This document shows positions 29,367 to 32,000 of a stretch of 32,000 bases of DNA, in pieces; position 1 is the first letter of the stretch, and each line of letters starts with the position of its first letter. Source of the DNA: an uncultured Acidobacteriota bacterium (GTDB lineage: Bacteria > Acidobacteriota > Vicinamibacteria > Vicinamibacterales > CAVVIG01); assembly GCA_963697745.1 (NCBI GenBank), contig CAVOPD010000018.1, forward strand, positions 229,515 through 261,514. Reading direction: 5' to 3'. The position numbers and the translations under genes are program-made. Under the pieces are notes generated by a model. It was not told where the DNA came from. It searched no databases and was given only the letters and a program-made list of their open reading frames with translations.

Positions 29367-32000
29367 ATGCCACACCTTTCCAGCACGACGGACATCGACG
29401 AGCCGCTTCCGCGCTCGACCGGCGTCATCCGTCCATCGCGGCCAGAGTCGCTGGTGCGGACGTGGGCGAGGCCTGTCCTGGTGGTTGCGATCGTGGCGGT
29501 GCTCGTTGGCCTTGGCATCGCCAACGTGGTGATGCGCGCGCGCTGGCATGAGGTCGAGGATGGCGTCCTGTGGGGGGCGAGGTCTCAGGGAGTCACCGCG
29601 ATAGAGGTGGCGGCCGACTCGCCCGCTGCCGACTCGGGCGTGAGACCGGGAGACGTGCTGCTGGCGGTGAACGGCGTTCCGATCGAGTCGCCAGCCGATG
29701 TTGTCGAGTACCAGCACAGTCGCTCCGCCGGGACCCGGCTCTCGTACACGCTGCTGCGGATCGGCAGCCGTGAGGCATTGTCGGTGTCGCTCGCCGAAGC
29801 GGCACGCCCGGCGTCGATGTATTTCGTGCTCGCGGCCGTCGGCCTGTTCACACTGATTGTTGGCGCGTCGGTACGCCTTCGTCGCCCGCGCGATCAGGCG
29901 ACGCTGCACTTCTTCTGGCTGTGCGTCGCGTTCTTCGGGGCGTTCACGTTCTCCTTCAACGGCCCATTCGACAGGCTCGACTGGACGTTCTATTGGGGCG
30001 ATGCGGTGTCGATGGCCTTGCTGCCGCCGCTGCTCCTGCATTTCACGCTGGTTTTTCCGGAACGGCCGTTCAAGCGGGGCCTTCCGCGGCGCCCATACGG
30101 TCTGCTCGCCGCCATGTACGCGCCCGCCGGCATTCTGGCCGCCAGCCGGGTCATGGCGATTGCCGGGGCGGGGTCGAACGGCGAACTGCTCTCGCGCACC
30201 CTGGACAGGTTGGACCGGTTCGAGCCGGTGTACCTTCTCGTCTGCGCGGTGGCCGCCGTGGTGGTTCTGGCGCGGGGCTTTGGCGAGATCACTTCGCTGA
30301 CCGGACGCCGTCAGCTGCGCTGGATCGCGTGGGGCTCAGTGCTCGGCATCGGCCCGTACGCGCTCTTCTACGCCCTGCCGTGGGCGTTCGGCGCGAATCC
30401 GCCGCTTGCGCTGCAGCTCACGGCGATTCCGCTTGGCCTCGTCCCTCTCGCGTTTGCGTCGGCGATCGTCCGCTATCGCCTGCGAGACGTCGAAGTCATC
30501 ATCAAGCGCGGTCTTGCCTACACGGCATTTCTTGCGGCCAGCGGACTGCTGTATCTCGCGATGAGGAAGACGGTCGGCTTCTTCTTCGAGAATGATGCCG
30601 ACCCGCACAACTGGATCGTCGCCGCCCTCGCGACCACGGTGGTGGTACTGCTTGCACAGCCGGTGAAAGAGGCCGTACAGAATGCGCTGGATCGCGTGTT
30701 CTACCGGGACCGCTACGACTACCGGCGCGCACTGGTCGGCTTCGCCCGCGACCTGAACAGCGATCTGGATGTCGTTCGACTCAGTCAGCGGCTGGTCGCG
30801 CGTGTCGTCGAAACGCTGGTCGTCGATCAGATGTCGCTGATGCTGGCGGACGAACGGTACGGCGACTTCAGGGCGATCGGCGACTTCGGGTTTCACCAGC
30901 CGGTGCCCCGCCTCGCGCGGTCATCGTCGTTTCTGCCGCGGCTCGATACGAACCACACGATTGCGCTGGACGATCCGATTGCCGCAGCGCGGTTCGCTGC
31001 CGAGGAAGTCGAGTTCTGGCGCGATCACGGCATCTACTACTTCGTCCCGTGCGTGTTCGAGGGGGCGGCGATAGCGGTGCTCGCGCTCGGCCGCAAGGAA
31101 TCCGACGAGCCGTTCAACAGCGAGGATCTCGCCCTGCTCACCGCCGTTGCCGGGCAGGTCGCGACCGCCATCGAAAACGGCCGGCTCTATCGGCAGCTTC
31201 ACCTGAAGGCCGAGGAGTTGGGCCGCATGCGGGAGTTCAACGAGAACATCCTGGAATCGCTCGACGATGGCCTTGCCGTCTTCGATGAAGACGAGCTGAT
31301 TGTCCGCTGGAACCACGCGCTCGAGGCGTTCTACGGAGTCACGCGGGCCGATGCCGTCGGTGCCCGACTGTCAGACGTCTTCGACGCGGAGTTCGTCGAG
31401 GCCCTTCGCGCGGCGCGCGATGAGAACCCGCTCGGCACCACGCTGTTCAAGGTTCCGCTGGTCAGCCGTGCGGGCGATGACGATGACGAACCTGCGGCAC
31501 AGCGGCTGATGGTGAACGCCACGGTCGTTCCACTTCAGACGAATGCCGGCTCCGATGCGGTGGAGGGGAGCATCCTGCTGCTCGAGAACATCACCGACCG
31601 AGTCCGTCTCGAGGAACAGCTGCAGATCTCCGAGAAGATGGCGTCCATCGGCCTGCTCGCCGCCGGCGTCGCGCACGAAGTGAACACGCCGCTGACCGGC
31701 ATCTCGAGCTACACGCAGATGCTGCTCGAGAACGCCGATCCGTCCGATCCGAAGACGCAGATTCTGGAAAAGATCGAGCGCCAGACCTTCCGCGCCGCGA
31801 AGATCGTCAATGGCCTGCTGACGTTGTCGCGGCCGGGGACGTCGGGAGGCGATCGGTCGCCGGTTGACCTGAATGGCGTGATCAATGACGTCTACTCGCT
31901 TCTCGAACATCAGTTCGAGGCCGGGCGCATCAAGGTGCGCCGGGAACTCGCGCAGGAGCCGCTGCTGGTCTACGGCATCGAACACCAGTTGCAGCAGGTC
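29367..32000 (+). CDS. sensor histidine kinase: TM - PDZ - multi-TM region - GAF - PAS - HisKA (3'-truncated by window edge)
   Basis: My own translation from ATG 29367 is stop-free to the window end (878 codons); it is absent from the ORF track because it has no stop in the window. TM helix RPVLVVAIVAVLVGLGIANVV. PDZ-like GVTAIEVAADSPAADSGVRPGDVLLAVNGVPIESPADVV. About 7 hydrophobic helices. GAF-like region ...YYFVPCVFEGAAIAVLALGRKESDEPFNSEDLALLTAVAGQVATAIENGRLY. PAS-like FNENILESLDDGLAVFDEDELIVRWNHALEAFYGVTRADAVG. H-box EKMASIGLLAAGVAHEVNTPL, with the His codon at 31674-31676. Confidence 0.85.
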   Translation, partial: MPHLSSTTDIDEPLPRSTGVIRPSRPESLVRTWARPVLVVAIVAVLVGLGIANVVMRARWHEVEDGVLWGARSQGVTAIEVAADSPAADSGVRPGDVLLAVNGVPIESPADVVEYQHSRSAGTRLSYTLLRIGSREALSVSLAEAARPASMYFVLAAVGLFTLIVGASVRLRRPRDQATLHFFWLCVAFFGAFTFSFNGPFDRLDWTFYWGDAVSMALLPPLLLHFTLVFPERPFKRGLPRRPYGLLAAMYAPAGILAASRVMAIAGAGSNGELLSRTLDRLDRFEPVYLLVCAVAAVVVLARGFGEITSLTGRRQLRWIAWGSVLGIGPYALFYALPWAFGANPPLALQLTAIPLGLVPLAFASAIVRYRLRDVEVIIKRGLAYTAFLAASGLLYLAMRKTVGFFFENDADPHNWIVAALATTVVVLLAQPVKEAVQNALDRVFYRDRYDYRRALVGFARDLNSDLDVVRLSQRLVARVVETLVVDQMSLMLADERYGDFRAIGDFGFHQPVPRLARSSSFLPRLDTNHTIALDDPIAAARFAAEEVEFWRDHGIYYFVPCVFEGAAIAVLALGRKESDEPFNSEDLALLTAVAGQVATAIENGRLYRQLHLKAEELGRMREFNENILESLDDGLAVFDEDELIVRWNHALEAFYGVTRADAVGARLSDVFDAEFVEALRAARDENPLGTTLFKVPLVSRAGDDDDEPAAQRLMVNATVVPLQTNAGSDAVEGSILLLENITDRVRLEEQLQISEKMASIGLLAAGVAHEVNTPLTGISSYTQMLLENADPSDPKTQILEKIERQTFRAAKIVNGLLTLSRPGTSGGDRSPVDLNGVINDVYSLLEHQFEAGRIKVRRELAQEPLLVYGIEHQLQQV

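Overview
GC-rich bacterial chromosomal segment (about two-thirds G+C by eye, not computed). I recognise no rRNA, tRNA, CRISPR array, transposase or integrase. The gene content (CarboxypepD_reg-type outer-membrane barrel, alginate-export-like porin, very large multi-domain sensor kinase, TIR fusion) suggests an Acidobacteriota-like soil bacterium; this is inference only. Layout: 1-3025 (+) SnoaL-like fragment, DJ-1/PfpI, VOC/glyoxalase, alginate-export-like porin. 3240-8667 (-) one co-directional array: SMP-30-like propeller, then the [2Fe-2S] small, Mo-pterin large and FAD medium subunits of a xanthine-dehydrogenase/CoxSLM-type hydroxylase, then a SnoaL-like protein. 9055-10686 (+) GMC oxidoreductase, followed by an odd ~330-nt repeat and purine-rich spacer. 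11020-11868 (-) NmrA-like. 12237-16664 (+) glgX and an AGE-superfamily protein with a STAS-like tail. 16732-18192 (+) TIR-pseudokinase fusion. 18297-25967 (-) six tightly spaced genes: cyclase-family, glgC, eno, gpmA, K+ channel-RCK-RyR, SLOG-4TM protein. 26119-29176 (+) secreted protein plus OM barrel. 29367->32000 (+) PDZ/multi-TM/GAF/PAS histidine kinase running off the window. Two things stand out. (1) The TIR / SLOG-transmembrane / K+-channel-RyR neighbourhood at 16.7-21.9 kb reads like a nucleotide-signal-to-membrane-effector module and matches no named system I know. (2) Dozens of frame-shifting indels, very patchily distributed and confined almost entirely to the left 18 kb, leave many clearly recognisable genes broken as assembled. 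All family assignments come from motif recognition by eye; no database search was possible.
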